This document shows positions 1-11,850 of a stretch of DNA of 64,000 bases, piece after piece; positions within the stretch are counted from its first letter, which is position 1, and every line of letters begins with the position of its first letter. The notes below the pieces were generated by a model that did not search any database, was not told the origin of the DNA, and was given only the letters and a program-made list of their open reading frames with translations. The position numbers and the translations under genes are program-made. The DNA is from Heptranchias perlo (taxonomy: Eukaryota), in assembly GCF_035084215.1 (NCBI RefSeq), contig NC_090353.1, forward strand, positions 7,440,001 through 7,504,000, read 5' to 3'.

Positions 1-1169
1 TGCAATTCTCAGGATGGTAGAAGGCAAATTAGAGGGACCTTTGCCTTATCTGGCAATTCCAATGGCTAACAGGTAACTACATCTATTGGGTGGCTTTTTG
101 TACAATGAGCAGGGGTAAGGAAATCAGTTTTATAGCACCACAAGATTCCAAAACACTTCACAACCCATAATTTACTACTGCAGTGCAGTCACTTATGTAG
201 TGAAACACAGTAGCCAATTTGTACAGATCAGAAGATCTTGAGGGGAGGGCCTTGGTTTAATATCTCAGACCAACAATGCAGTGCTCAGCACTGACATATC
301 CTAGATCTGCACTCTGAAGCTCATGTTCTGATTCAGTGCACAGCTAAAATGAAACATTCCTGGCCAAAGGGTGTAAAGTGTTAACGAGGCAGCAAAGACC
401 TCAGGGTTGAGCATTTAAAATTACCCAGTTAATGTAGCAGATATGCAATTTGCATCTTGGTTGAACTGATGGTCATTAAGCTTCTTTGTACATGCATGAA
501 ATTGGCAGTGACTGATGGGCCCTCCCTGCCTAGGGATAATGTTGAACAGATTTCCCTTTTGCCTCAAATTCTACAGCCCCATCAGAAAACTCACTGGCCT
601 CACTCAGGAGAGGAGCAACATTCAGTATTGATGTCAGTCAGAACAGATGTCAGCCTATTTCCTGCAACAGGATTCCAACTCTACAACATCCAACACCTGG
701 AGTTCAGGTAGGATCAGTGATGCTCCTCAGCTGGGCACCACTGTTGCCTTTGAGAGTCAGTTTAAAAAATCTTGAGCCATCTACTTTTGCAAGCAAAGTA
801 AGCCACCTACATATTTTGTCCTAGGATTTAAAAAGGGGAAACTTCGATGGACGAATCCTCAAGAAATTTAGACCGCAGCAGGGAGGTCCCAAAACATCAG
901 GAAATGCATCACAGCGAGGGGAATTCAAAACCCAACTGTATCGCTGACAAATGCCTGAGGTGGGGAAGCAGAAAGCCTCAGTTAACTTTAACTAGACACA
1001 AGGGTGCAGGATTAGATAGTTACCATGTCTGACTGTTTACCTTCAGTCAGTTTCTACCTTCTCCCTCCCATTAGTGAGATTTCATTAACTACTTTTGTCA
1101 CCATGATTTTTGCTACTAGCCGTTTCATGGGTCACATCAATACCCAAAGTCACATTTCTCACTATCGGC

Positions 1170-1175
1170 TTTATT
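1170..1175 (-). terminator. AATAAA polyadenylation signal of ZP copy A
   Basis: Plus-strand TTTATT at 1170-1175, 25 nt after the TGA stop. Confidence 0.65.
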
Positions 1176-1200
1176 TCTGTTCAGTGTCTACAGTTCAATC

Positions 1201-4200
1201 TCAATTACATTGAGAAGGGACAGCTCTTTGTTTCTTCATCCTGTAAACTGCAACCATCACCAACAGGGACAGCGACACCACAACAAAGCCAACGCCTGCT
1301 CCACGCAGAACCAGAGAAGGAGACCCAGCACCGTCTATTGGAGACACAAGAAGTTATATTCGGAAGGGTTCACGGTGACCTATGAGAGACTCCACTTACC
1401 ATTCTCTTCAAGCAGCTTCTTAGACTGACGATTCTCATCTTTCAGAAAAATGATGGGACCAGGAGCGCTCACCAAGGTTCCCTCATGGTCATCTGTACTC
1501 CTGCGTCTCTCTATTGGGGAAAATGAGATAGTTAGCAGCTAGTCCTGAGCCCATGTTCCGGCCTGGATATCCAGGGACCATCTCAGAAAGAAAAAGCCTA
1601 GTGACTGGAGGTCAGAGACTACTAGTTATATAGACAGACCAACCCACATCTGCATTTCCAGTTCAATGTTGCAATGATGGGCACTGAGCTAGACAGGAAT
1701 GTAGTCAGGCCCTGGAGATACTGGTTAAGAGTTGTAGCTCCCATTTAGAGACAAAGACACCCTTCCCATTCAGGGAGGGGTTGGTCACACTGGGAAGGAT
1801 GGACAAACTCACCTGCAGGGCACAAATCAGTTATTCATTCTTTGATTAGAAAAATCTAGATTAGGAAGTAACCCTAATTCAGCAAGAGATTAAATCTTTT
1901 AAAAAAAGGAACTCACTTGTGCCACATTTGGACATACAATCATCCTGATCAGAGGGAGAGCAAACCTCAGCAGTGCAGTGCAAGTAAACCTAGAAGGGAA
2001 AGGAGTTATTTTAGGGAGAGATTCATGTGGATGAACCAGGCTGTTCTACAAGGAGCCAATAAAGGGTTTCATTGGCTCCAATCCTTCCTACAGTTTGGTT
2101 ACCTGTCCAGTTAGAGGCTGGGCTGAGTCTCCATCCAGGAAAACAAAAGTCTTCACTTCAAACCGCTTGTGATGGGTTGGGAATGTCAGGCCAGAAAACA
2201 CATCCACTGGGTGTAGGAGGGTCAGGTAGTCATCACCCTCATAGGGGCACCTGCAACAGGAGGGCTGGTCAGTGGGAGCAGGAGAGGTATTTGATCTACT
2301 GAGAAGGAGAGTCTTAAAATGGTACTTCTTGGCATTGGTGACAAGGATTACAGCATTCAATCCAGGGCTCATTCTTTTAATGAGAAAGTAGTAATCATCT
2401 ACATCTAATTTGTTCACCCCATTGATCTAGAGCTGGGGTCATCCATTCAACTCCTAGTTTAATGAGAGAGAGTGTTAGGTGTTCTGTGCACAGATCATTG
2501 AAGGCTCATGACCAATGTTGAGAAGCTGTAATTACAGCCACCAGGATATTGGGCTGTATTAATAGAACTAGTCACTACAAATCAAAAAGGACTTCAGTCA
2601 TTATCAGGTCACTGGAATACTGGGTGCAGTTTTGATCCCTCACATGGGGAGTGATCATCATGTCCTTGAAGGTTCAGAGGAAAGCTAGGTGACCAATTCC
2701 TAGGTTAAACAAGCTTAGCCTCAAAGAACAGAGTCCATTTACTCATTAGCCGCATAGACTTACATGGCCTGATAGAGGACTATAATAAAAGGGTTGGATA
2801 GTGTGTCCATTGATTATTACAGTCTGACAAATTGTGGAGGACCAGCAGACAAGCTACATAAGAGTAGGGATTAGATGGATGGAGAGGGGTGGCGAGAGAA
2901 CCACTTAAGTAGTGAGTCTCTGGAATACATTGCCAGCTGGTGTGGTGGGTGCCAACACTCTGCCTTCAAGAGGGATATGGATTGGTTCTTAACTGGGGCA
3001 GAGATTGCATCATATAGAAGGTAAGTGTCTTCAGAGAACACTTGGTCCATGGGATCTCCTGGACTGGGTTCGATCACCTGAGGGGTTCAAAAGGAATTTG
3101 CCAGAGCATTTGAAGTTCTAAAACAGTCAGCCCTTCCTTACCCATCCACCAGTAGACTCCATTGCACCTCATGGTTCGGGGCTGGGACAGGAGTCGCCCA
3201 GCAGTCATGCAACCTCAGGACAATCATTGGGTCAGTGCGGTCCTGGACACGAACCTCCACAAACACTGGGTCCTGAAGGATACTCTGAATGGGGTACTCA
3301 CTATCCACATACCAGGATCTGTAGTCACCACCTGAAAGGCAGACACAAGAACCAGTCACTCCCTCCACTGGTACATTCCCAGTGCTTCCATTCACCATTA
3401 CCCAGAGCTGTTGTACCTTTTGCAATTCTCAGTTCCAGTTGCAGAATCCCCTCCTCAGAAGCAGGAGGTGGTGGAGAAACAGTGTAAACTGTGACATTGA
3501 TTTGCAGGCCGGTCTCTTGCCTCCCCTTGTACTTGCACTGGACATGCAGGCTGTAAAGAGATTGTGGCAGATTGAGCTTCATTCAATAACACTTCCCTCC
3601 AACCTGCCTTCTCCCCACCATCCCCCTCCTACCTGAAGGTGCTGTCCCGGGTTATCGAGCCCCGTTTCCCAGTCAGAATCTTCCTCTTGCCCAACACATC
3701 CGTTTCATACACCAAGCTTCCATTCTCCTCCTGCAATCAGAACACGGGTTAATATGGAGCTGGTTCATTCACCGAGACTGCTCGGCCCTTCAATACTCAC
3801 CCGCTTGGTCGAGCCACAAGAGGTAATAGGGAAACGGAAGATCACAAGTTGGGCAGTGGTCAGTTTAGGCCTGCACTCCGCTTCTTGTCCATCTTTCACA
3901 TACACAGATGACAGGTTGAGAGCAGGACGGGTCAGGTTCTTGGAGATTACTAGGATAAACTGGCCATCTGCTGTACACACTGCAAGAGAATTCAATTCAT
4001 CCCATGAGGGTCAGGGGCTTCTCATTAGTGGAGAAAGTAGGCATCTCAGACCATAGATTGGAGGGACTGAGTCAAAAGCTCCAAACCAGCTCAGCTGAAA
4101 CAGGAGCAGAATCCAAGTGGAAACAACCATGATTAGTTAGTGGAGTGAGCAAGGATGCATTTATACTCTGGGTCCAATTGGTGTCATCCTGCTCAGTTGA

Positions 4201-5587
4201 AGTCTGCGGGAGCATGTTGTATAAATTGCCCAGTCAGGAGACTGCATTCATCTTAAATAAAGATAAGGGCAAAAATGGAGCTCAACGTCAGAGGGCATCT
4301 TGAGGACCTGGAAAACCGTTTGACCCAGCACTTGCAATTTTACTCTATGGAAAGTCAAATTTAAGTGATGCCTTTATTGGCTAATTCAAAATAGGAAAGA
4401 CAGAGTTTCCCCAGAAAGACAGCTCCATAAGTTCCTCCTGTTAAGGAGCAGGATCAATATAATTACAAAGCTATAATTCTAAATCATTGTGTCAATTAGA
4501 CACTTGCCCCATGGTACCCACCATGTCAAATTTGCCCCTGCTCTAAATGAAGACACACCATTCCTTTCTCTCACTGTTCAATTCACATTGGTGGAAAATC
4601 AATAATCAACTCATTAAAGAATCCACTAGAAGAAATATTTAAAGCCAACTGAAGAGACTCCATGCACTCAGTAACAACTACCCATCCTAACAGTGACTCA
4701 ATTGACCAGTCAACCTAAAGTGCCCTGAAGCTCTGCAGACTTCCCCAACACAGTTAGCACATCACCAATTCTACTAAAAGGCAAACTTCACTTCCAATAT
4801 TCCTTCACCAGGTGGATCAACCCAGAGACCAAAGATGAAGCACAGGTTTGAGATATACTGTCAGACTATAAATGCAACACAACTTGTACTTTGTTAGTAG
4901 ATTGTGTTAGAACATTCCCAACAGCCATCTGATCAACACTCAGCACAGCAATAGTTTCACCCACTGTAGATTGTCAGCACCACCTGGTTACTTTACCTCA
5001 ACTGACCCAAAGGAGACACCATTTCCTCATTGAGCAAGTTCTCTCATACCCAGCCAATTCCTTCCAACACCAGTCACCCCGATCCTCAGCTTCATCTAGG
5101 GACACCTGCCTTCAATGTGCTGAATGAACAGCCATACACCTTGATGCTCTACTTAGTTAAATACAATACACCAAGCGGAATCAACCGCTTCACAGGACTC
5201 CACGGGAGGGAGTTTGCTCAACAGACAGATCCACCTTTACACAGAATGAAACAGCAACAAGACCGTGTAGTTGCTGACTGGATAATTGCCTAATGTACAA
5301 GTTAGATTTCTCCCCCTCCCCACAAGTATCTCCTCTAGAATGGGGGAGAGGAGCTGTTTGATACCTGGGCTGTTCCTCAGACTGTAGAAGCAGGGATGGA
5401 CATTGGAGCTCCGCGGGTCAAAGCAACAACCCTGAGCGGTGCACTCGGTGCTGTTAATCCCTGGGTGGCCGCAGTCAAATCTCCAGCCTGGCTCTGTTGG
5501 ACAAACATCATCTCCCAGGAGCAGTGGGTGGGCTCGGAGTAAGGAGAGCCCGGCCAAGAGCCAGAGAGAAAGCACCCAATGATCCAT
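1201..5587 (-). CDS. zp4: Zona pellucida / egg-envelope glycoprotein, ZPB (ZP4/ZP1-like) type, tandem copy A; 9 coding exons, 429 aa
   Basis: Exons with GT-AG boundaries and matching phases: 5587-5365, 3979-3801, 3730-3633, 3550-3417, 3331-3142, 2250-2103, 1989-1917, 1510-1400, 1334-1201 (1290 nt, stop TGA 1201-1203). Protein: signal peptide MDHWVLSLWLLAGLSLLRA; six-Cys trefoil CPTEPGWRFDCGHPGINSTECTAQGCCFDPRSSNVHPCFY; ZP-N (VCTADGQF..FPITSCGS..SITRDSTF..LHVQCKY); ZP-C (DCWATP, DGCPYEGDDY, HKRFEVKTFVF, VYLHCTAEVC..DDCMSKC); furin site KRRRS; TM GVGFVVVSLSLLVMVAVY; basic tail. ZP4 versus ZP1 orthology is not resolved. Confidence 0.92.
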
Positions 5588-5633
5588 CTCCGTTACTGCA
5601 AGTAGACTAATCATCTCCTCCAACACCAACCCG

Positions 5634-5693
5634 TTTTATAGCCGGGCTCCGAGTGCGGCAGGGAATTGGGGGCCAATCCCGGGTTGGGGCGGG
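5634..5693 (-). promoter_or_regulatory. Core promoter of ZP copy A: TATA box, inverted CCAAT pair, GC box
   Basis: TATAAAA on minus at 5640-5634, about 47 nt above ATG 5587; ATTGG 5665-5669 and CCAAT 5673-5677; GGGGCGGG about 5686-5693. Confidence 0.7.
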
Positions 5694-7300
5694 TTCCTGT
5701 TTCCACGGGTTCCTCGGGAAGCTGGTTTCCATTTTTGATCAGCTCGACCTGTCAGCCTGTCCCCGCTGGTCCCCAAGTCTCAGATTCGTCTCCCAAAGGA
5801 CATCCCAGCGACTGACCCTCGGGCCCATTGCACTCACTTCCTCTGCTCGAGTATCAGAAAGTTGGAGCTTGGAGCCTTCCTGCAGGATTTGAAGACAGAA
5901 TATCGGCTGATATTGGTGTTTGTCAGTCTTGATATGTGCACCTTGTCTGCCACGTTTGCCGACAGAACAACAGTGACTACACTTTAAAAGTAATTCATTG
6001 GATGTGAAGTGTTTTGAAATGTCCTGAGCATTTGATCAGTCGCAATTTCCCCAATTTCAGATTGACCATTGCTTTTTGCCCTCATTGACAATTAATTTGT
6101 GTCCCATCTTGTACCATGAGCCCTCACTCAGCAACTTTCTGTCCGGGATTAGAAACACAGGACAAGACTTTTCAAAGACTTCAAAGGCCTCAGCCATGCC
6201 CTCTGTCTCCATGCGTAGATCTTTTTGGTCCCTAATTGGCTCCACCCCTCCTCTTACTACCCGTTTACTATTTATGCCTATAGAAGACTTTTGGATTCCC
6301 TTTTATGTTAGCCTTCAGTCTATTCTCATACTCTCTCTTTGCCCCTCTTATTTCCTTTTTCACTTCTCCTCTGTACTTTCTATATTCAGCCTGGTTCTCA
6401 CTTGTATTATCAACCTGACATCTGTCATAAGCCCCTTTGTCTGCTTCATCTTACTCTCTCTCTCTTTTGTCATCCAGAGAGCTCTGGCTTTGGTTGCCCT
6501 ACCTTTCCCCCTCGTGGGAATGTACTTAGACTGTACCCGAACCATCTCCTCTTCCGGCGCGGAAATGATGGGCCGAATGGCCTCCTTCTGTGCCGTAAAT
6601 TGTCTATGACTCTATGAAAGGCCGCCCATTGTTCGATTACTGTTTTGCCTGCCAATCTTTGATTCCAAAACAATCCATACAAGTTTAACATAACTTCTCT
6701 GCTTTTCAATTCTATCCCTCTAGAAATGAACGCCAGTACTTGGTTTGCTTTTTTCAAAGGCCTTATTAACCTGCGTCTTACTTTGTGATGTGTATCTGTA
6801 ACCCCAGATCCCTCTGCTCCTCTACCCATTTAAACTCTTATTATCCAAGCATTATGTGGCTCCCTTAGTCTTCCCAGCAAAATGTAATACCTTAGACTTG
6901 CCTATATTGAAATTAATTTGCCAATTACACGCCCATTCTGCAAGTTTATTAATGTCTTCCTGTATTTTGTCGCGGTCCTTCTCGGTATTAAGTATAACCC
7001 CCGCAAATTTTGAAATTGTATTTCCGATGCCCGAGTCCAAATCATTTTTGTAAATGGTGAACAACAGTGATTCCAGCACCGATCCTTGTGGAACACCACT
7101 TCCCACCTTTGGTCAGTCTGAGTAACTACCTTTAACCCCTACTCTCCGTTTCATAGCCAGCTTGCTATCCATTCTGCCAATTGTCCACTGCCTCCACATG
7201 CTCTGACCTTAGTCATGAGTCAACTATGCAGTACATTATCAAAGACCTTTTGAAAGTCCAACATATATTGTATCTACTACATTACCCTTGTCTACCCTTT

Positions 7301-9392
7301 ATAAGACCATAAAAGATAGGAGCAGGAGTAGGCCATTCAGCCCCTCAAGCCTGCTCCGCCATTTAATGAGATCATGGCTAATCTGATTTTTACCTCAACT
7401 CCACTTTCCTGCCCTTTCCCCATATCATTTGACTCCCTTGCTGATCAAAAATTGTCTAACTCAGCCTTGAGTGTATTCAATGACTCAGCCTCCATAGCTT
7501 TTTGGGGTAAAGAATTTCAAAGATTCACGGCCCTCAGGGAGAAGAAATTCCTCCTCATTTCTATCTTAAATGGACGACCCCTTATTCTGAGACTATGCCC
7601 CCTAGTTTTAGATTCCCCCATGAGGGGTAACATCCTCTCAGCATCTACCCTATCGAGTCCCCTCAGAATCTTGTATGTTTCAATAAGATCTCCTCTCATT
7701 CTTCTAAGCTCCAATGAGTATAGACCCAACCTGTTCAATCTTTCCTCATAAGGCAACTCTTCCATACCTGGAATCAACCTAGTGAACCTTCTCTGAACTA
7801 CCTCCAATGCAAGTATGTCCTTCCTTAAATAAGGGCACCAGAACTGTACGCAGTACTCCAGGTGTGATCTCACCAGCACACTGTACAGTTGTAGCATGAC
7901 TTCCCTGCTTTTATACTCCATCCCCCTCAAAATGAAGGCCAATATTCTGTTTGCCTTCCGGATTACCTGCTGCACCTGTATGTTGACTTTTTGTGTTTCA
8001 TGTACGAGGACACCCAGATCCCTCTGTACTGCAGTGTTTTGTCGTATTTCTCCATTCAAATAATATTTTGCTTTTTTATTTTTCCTCCCAAAGTGGATGA
8101 CTTCACATTTTCCCACATTATATTCCATCTGTCAAATTTTTGCCCATTCGCTTAACCTGTCAGTATCCCTTTGCAGACACTTTGTGTCCTCATCGCAACT
8201 TGCTTTTCCACCTATCTTTGTATCATCAGCAAATTTGGCCACAAGACACTCTGTTCCTTCATCCATGTCATTGATATATATTGTAAATAGTTGAGGCCCC
8301 AGCACTGATCCCTGTGGCACCCCACCAGTTACAGATTGCCATTTTGAAAATGACCCTTTTATCCTGACTCTTTGTTTTCTGTTAGTTAGCCAATCCTCTA
8401 TCCATGCCAGTATATTACCCCCAACACCATGAGCTCTTATCTTGTGCAGTAATCTTTTATGTGGCACCTTATCGAATGCCTTTTGGAAATCCAACTTTTC
8501 TGCATCCATTGGTTCCCCTTTATCCTCCCTGGCGTTACTTCCTCAGCTCCAGAACTAGCTGCGCCTCTAGCCAAGCTGTTCCAGTACAGCTACAACACTG
8601 GCATCTACCCGACAATGTGGAAAATTGCCCAGGTATGTCCTGTCCACAAAAAGCAGGACAAATCCAATCCGGCCAATTACCGCCCCATCAGTCTACTCTC
8701 AATCATCAGCAAAGTGATGGAAGGTGTCGTCGACAGTGCTATCAAGCGGCACTGACTCACCAATAACCTGCTCACCAATGCTCAATTTGGGTTCCGCCAG
8801 GACCACTCGGCTCCAGACCTCATTACAGCCTTGGTCCAAACATGGACAAAAGAGCTGAATTCCAGAGGTGAGGTGAGAGTGACTGCCCTTGACATCAAGG
8901 CAGCATTTAACTGAGTGTGGCAAAATCCTGGAACTCCCTTCCTAACAGCACTGTGGGAGAACCGTCACCACACGGACTGCAGCGGTTCAAGAAGGCGGCT
9001 CACCACCACCTTCTCGAGGGCAATTAGGGATGGGCAATAAATGCTGGCCTTGCCAGCGACGCCCATATCCTATGAACGAATAAAAAAAAAAGAACTCTAA
9101 TAAGTTTGTCAGACATGATTTCCCCTTCATAAAACCATGTTGACTCTCCTTGATTGTATTATGAATCTCCAAATGTCCTGCTACTACTTCCTTAATAATG
9201 GATTCTAGCATTTTCCCAATGACAGATATGAGGCTAACTGGTCTATACTTACCTGCTTTCTGTCTCACTCCCTTCTTGAATAGGGGTGTTACGTTTGCGG
9301 TTTTCCAATCCGCTGGGATCTTTCCAGAATCTAGTGAATTCTGGAAGATTACAACCAATGCATCCACTATCTCTGTAGCCACTTCCTTTAAG
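7301..9392 (-). mobile_element. Younger 5'-truncated CR1 LINE (RT plus 3' UTR) inserted into the older CR1
   Basis: ORFs 8987-9382, 8132-8509 and 7517-8128 ([45 protein letters not shown]); 3' tail near 7301; ACCCTTT at both 7294-7300 and 9393-9399 (candidate TSD). Confidence 0.9.
8546..9091 (+). mobile_element. Internally deleted poly(A)-tailed non-LTR retrotransposon (family B, CR1/L2 group) nested in the CR1
   Basis: APELAAPLAKLFQYSYNTGIYPTMWKIAQVCPVHKKQDKSNPANYRPISLLS, then a jump at ~8921 to the 3' end ...ACGAATAAAAAAAAAA; near-identical to 50240-50620 and 51655-51820. Confidence 0.88.
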
Positions 9393-11134
9393 ACCCTTTC
9401 GGTTAAAGACTTCAGTAAATTTGGTCAAGCATGACCTTCACTTTTGAAATCTGTGCTGACTATTTATTATATTTTTGGTTTCTAGATATTTTTCTATTAC
9501 AGCTTTGAGTAAGGATTCCATTACCTTTCTACCACCGAATTAAGCTAATTGTCTATAGTTTCCAGGACTGGTTCTATCTTCCTTTTTAAATATAGGAATC
9601 ACATCAGCAGTCTGTAAGTTCTCTGGCTACTCCCTTTTCTAATGAATTTTTATATATATGTAATAATGCCTCTGCTATCTCTTCCCTAACTTCTATTAAT
9701 ATGCACGGATGCAATCCATTCGGACATGGGGTCTTATCCTCTCTAACTTTGATTAGTTTATCAATGTTCTCCCCCTTTCGATCTTCAATGTCTTTATATC
9801 TTTTTTGATCCCTTCTTCTAATGTCCTGCTCACCATGTTAGTCTCCCTGGTAAATACTGAGGCAAAGTAATTATTTAACATTGTTGCCATTTCACACTCA
9901 TTACCTGTGAGTTTATCGTGTGTATCCCTTAGTGGCCCTATCACTATCCTGATTTGCCTTTTGTTATTTATGTGTCTGTAGAATACTTTACTATTTCTTT
10001 TTATATTCCTTGATAATTTAATTTCATCGTTTCCTTTTGCCTTCCTAATTGGTTTTTTAAACTTCTTTCCGAATCTTTTTGTATTCCCTCCTCATCCTCT
10101 CCTCTGTTGTCTTTAGTGTACTTAGTTGCAATATTGCTCTTATTTGTTTATTTATCCATGGTTTATCATTACTGGCTGGTTTGTTCTTGATTTTTATTGG
10201 GATATATTTCTCCTGGACTCTATTAATCACTGTTTTAAATGTTTCCCACTGCTGTTCTATCTCATTATTTATCAGTAAATTTTTTTTGTTTATTTTCCCC
10301 TTGTTCCAGGCTCATCCCCTGAAAATCAGCTTTATTCCAATTTATTACTTTAGTCTTTGTTTTACTTTTGTCCTTCTCAATCTTTATCTTAAACCTGATT
10401 ATGTTTTGATCACTATTACCAAGATGTTCTCTTATCTGTTCTGGTTCACTTCCCATTACTAGATCCAGCTGTGATTCCTCTCTTGTTGGGCAATTTACAT
10501 ACTGGGTAAGAGAGGAGTCCTGCACACATTGTAAAAACTCCATTCCCTGTACCTCTTTATCTACCTCTTCGTGCCAGTTTATTTGGGGACAGTTAATATC
10601 TTCCATGATCATTATTCTATGCCCTTTACTCATTTCACAAATTTCTTCCTCCACCTCCTTTCCACTATTAGGTGGTCTGTAGTATACCCCCATTAGTGTG
10701 ATCGATCCCTTCTTATCTTCTATTTCAATCCATATGGATTCTGTTTCTAGCCTTCTCTTAGTTATGTCCCTTTTTTCTACTCCCATTATGTTATCTCTAA
10801 TTAGTACGGCTACTCCACCCCTCCTCCCCCTTCTTCCTTCCCTATCCTTTCTGATTAGGTTATAACCTGCAATATTTAGTTGCCAGTCCTGTTCTTTATG
10901 TAGCCATGTTTCAGTTATTCCTACTACATCTGGTTCCTCACTATGGATTATTGCCTCCAGTTCCCCAGTTTTATTTTAAACGCTCTGAACATTGATGTCG
11001 AGGCAGTTTAATTCATCTTTAATGGTGGTTCCTTTACTTTATTTTAACAGTCCTTTTATACTTCTGTTTTCTAACTGTATTTGTTCCTCGACTGTTCATG
11101 TTATCTTTATTCCTTACCCTGGTCTGACCTTTAC

Positions 11135-11850
11135 ACCCAGGGCCCCAAACACTCCTTCCAGGTGAAACAGTGATTTACTTGTACTTCTCTCAATTTCGGA
11201 TACTGTATTCGCTGCTCACAATGCGGTCTCTACATTGGGGAGACCAAACCCAGACTGGGTGATCGCTTTGCTGAACATCTCCGCTCTGTCCACAAACGTG
11301 ACCCTCACCGGCCGGTCGCTTGCCATTTTAATTCCCCGTCCCATTCCCACTCTGACCTCTCTGTCCTCGGCCTCTTACACGGTTCCAATGAAGTTCAATG
11401 TAAGCTCGAGGAACAGCACCTCATCTTTCGTTCAGGCACTTTACAACCTTCCGGACTCAACATTAATTTCAATAACATCAGATCATAACCACTGCTCCCA
11501 TTTTTTCGGTCAGCCAGTGCTGGTAATGATTCTGCTGCTGCCATTTACAGCTACTCCTGATCAATCTTTTGTTTCTTTACCTGTCCCATTCCCACCCTCC
11601 TTGCCTTGCACCATCATCCATTTAGTTATTTAATCACTTTTGCCCTCTACCCTATCACAGACCTTCCCTTTTATTCTCTCCTCCCTCTCCCCCTGTACCT
11701 GACTCTGTACTTGCTTAAAAACTTTAACTCTTTAACATCTTCCAGTTCTGACAAAAGTATTTTGACCTGAAACATTAACTCTGTTTCTTTCTCCACAGAT
11801 GCCGCCTCACTTGCTGAGCTTCTCCAGCATTTTCTGTTTTTATTTAAAAA
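11135..11850 (+). mobile_element. Penelope-like element 3' part (GIY-YIG endonuclease relic plus terminal region)
   Basis: Translates, with small disruptions, to ..YCIRCSQCG.LYIGETKPRLGDRFAEHLRSV..VACHFNSPSHS.SDLSVLGL..KLEEQHLIFR.GTLQPSGLN, the GIY-YIG domain typical of Penelope/Poseidon elements. Confidence 0.85.
11744..11780 (+). ncRNA. Decayed hammerhead ribozyme motif at the Penelope 3' end
   Basis: AGUU-CUGACAA-aaguauuuugaccu-GAAA-CAUU-AACU; stem I AGUU/AACU is intact; core G8 and the AACGUU palindrome appear lost by CpG decay. Confidence 0.5.

Larger units (their letters stand above)
700..6036. repeat. Segmental/tandem duplication unit A (paralogous to ~17215-22547)
   Basis: Homology runs from the 3' flank (caggtaggat..gcctttgag at ~706 versus ~17219) through the gene to tttgat at 6036/22547. 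Confidence 0.9.
6037..11135 (-). mobile_element. Older fragmented CR1-group LINE (endonuclease to RT) hosting nested insertions
   Basis: Minus-strand ORF pieces: APE-like ESIWIEIEDKKGSITLMGVYYRPPNSG (10265-10786), EMATMLNNYFASVFT (9753-9944), SGVPQGSVL..FTIY.NDL (6852-7106); many frameshifts. Confidence 0.85.

Noticed and set aside
5237-5629. 130-aa single-exon trefoil protein (also 21748-22140)
   Set aside because: The ORF starts near or above the likely TSS and reads through the donor at 5364; splicing to exon 2 gives a full ZP protein.
6076-6609. 177-aa hydrophobic plus-strand ORF resembling a membrane protein (also 10079-10462)
   Set aside because: Antisense reading of a purine-rich, Lys/Glu-rich CR1 ORF2.
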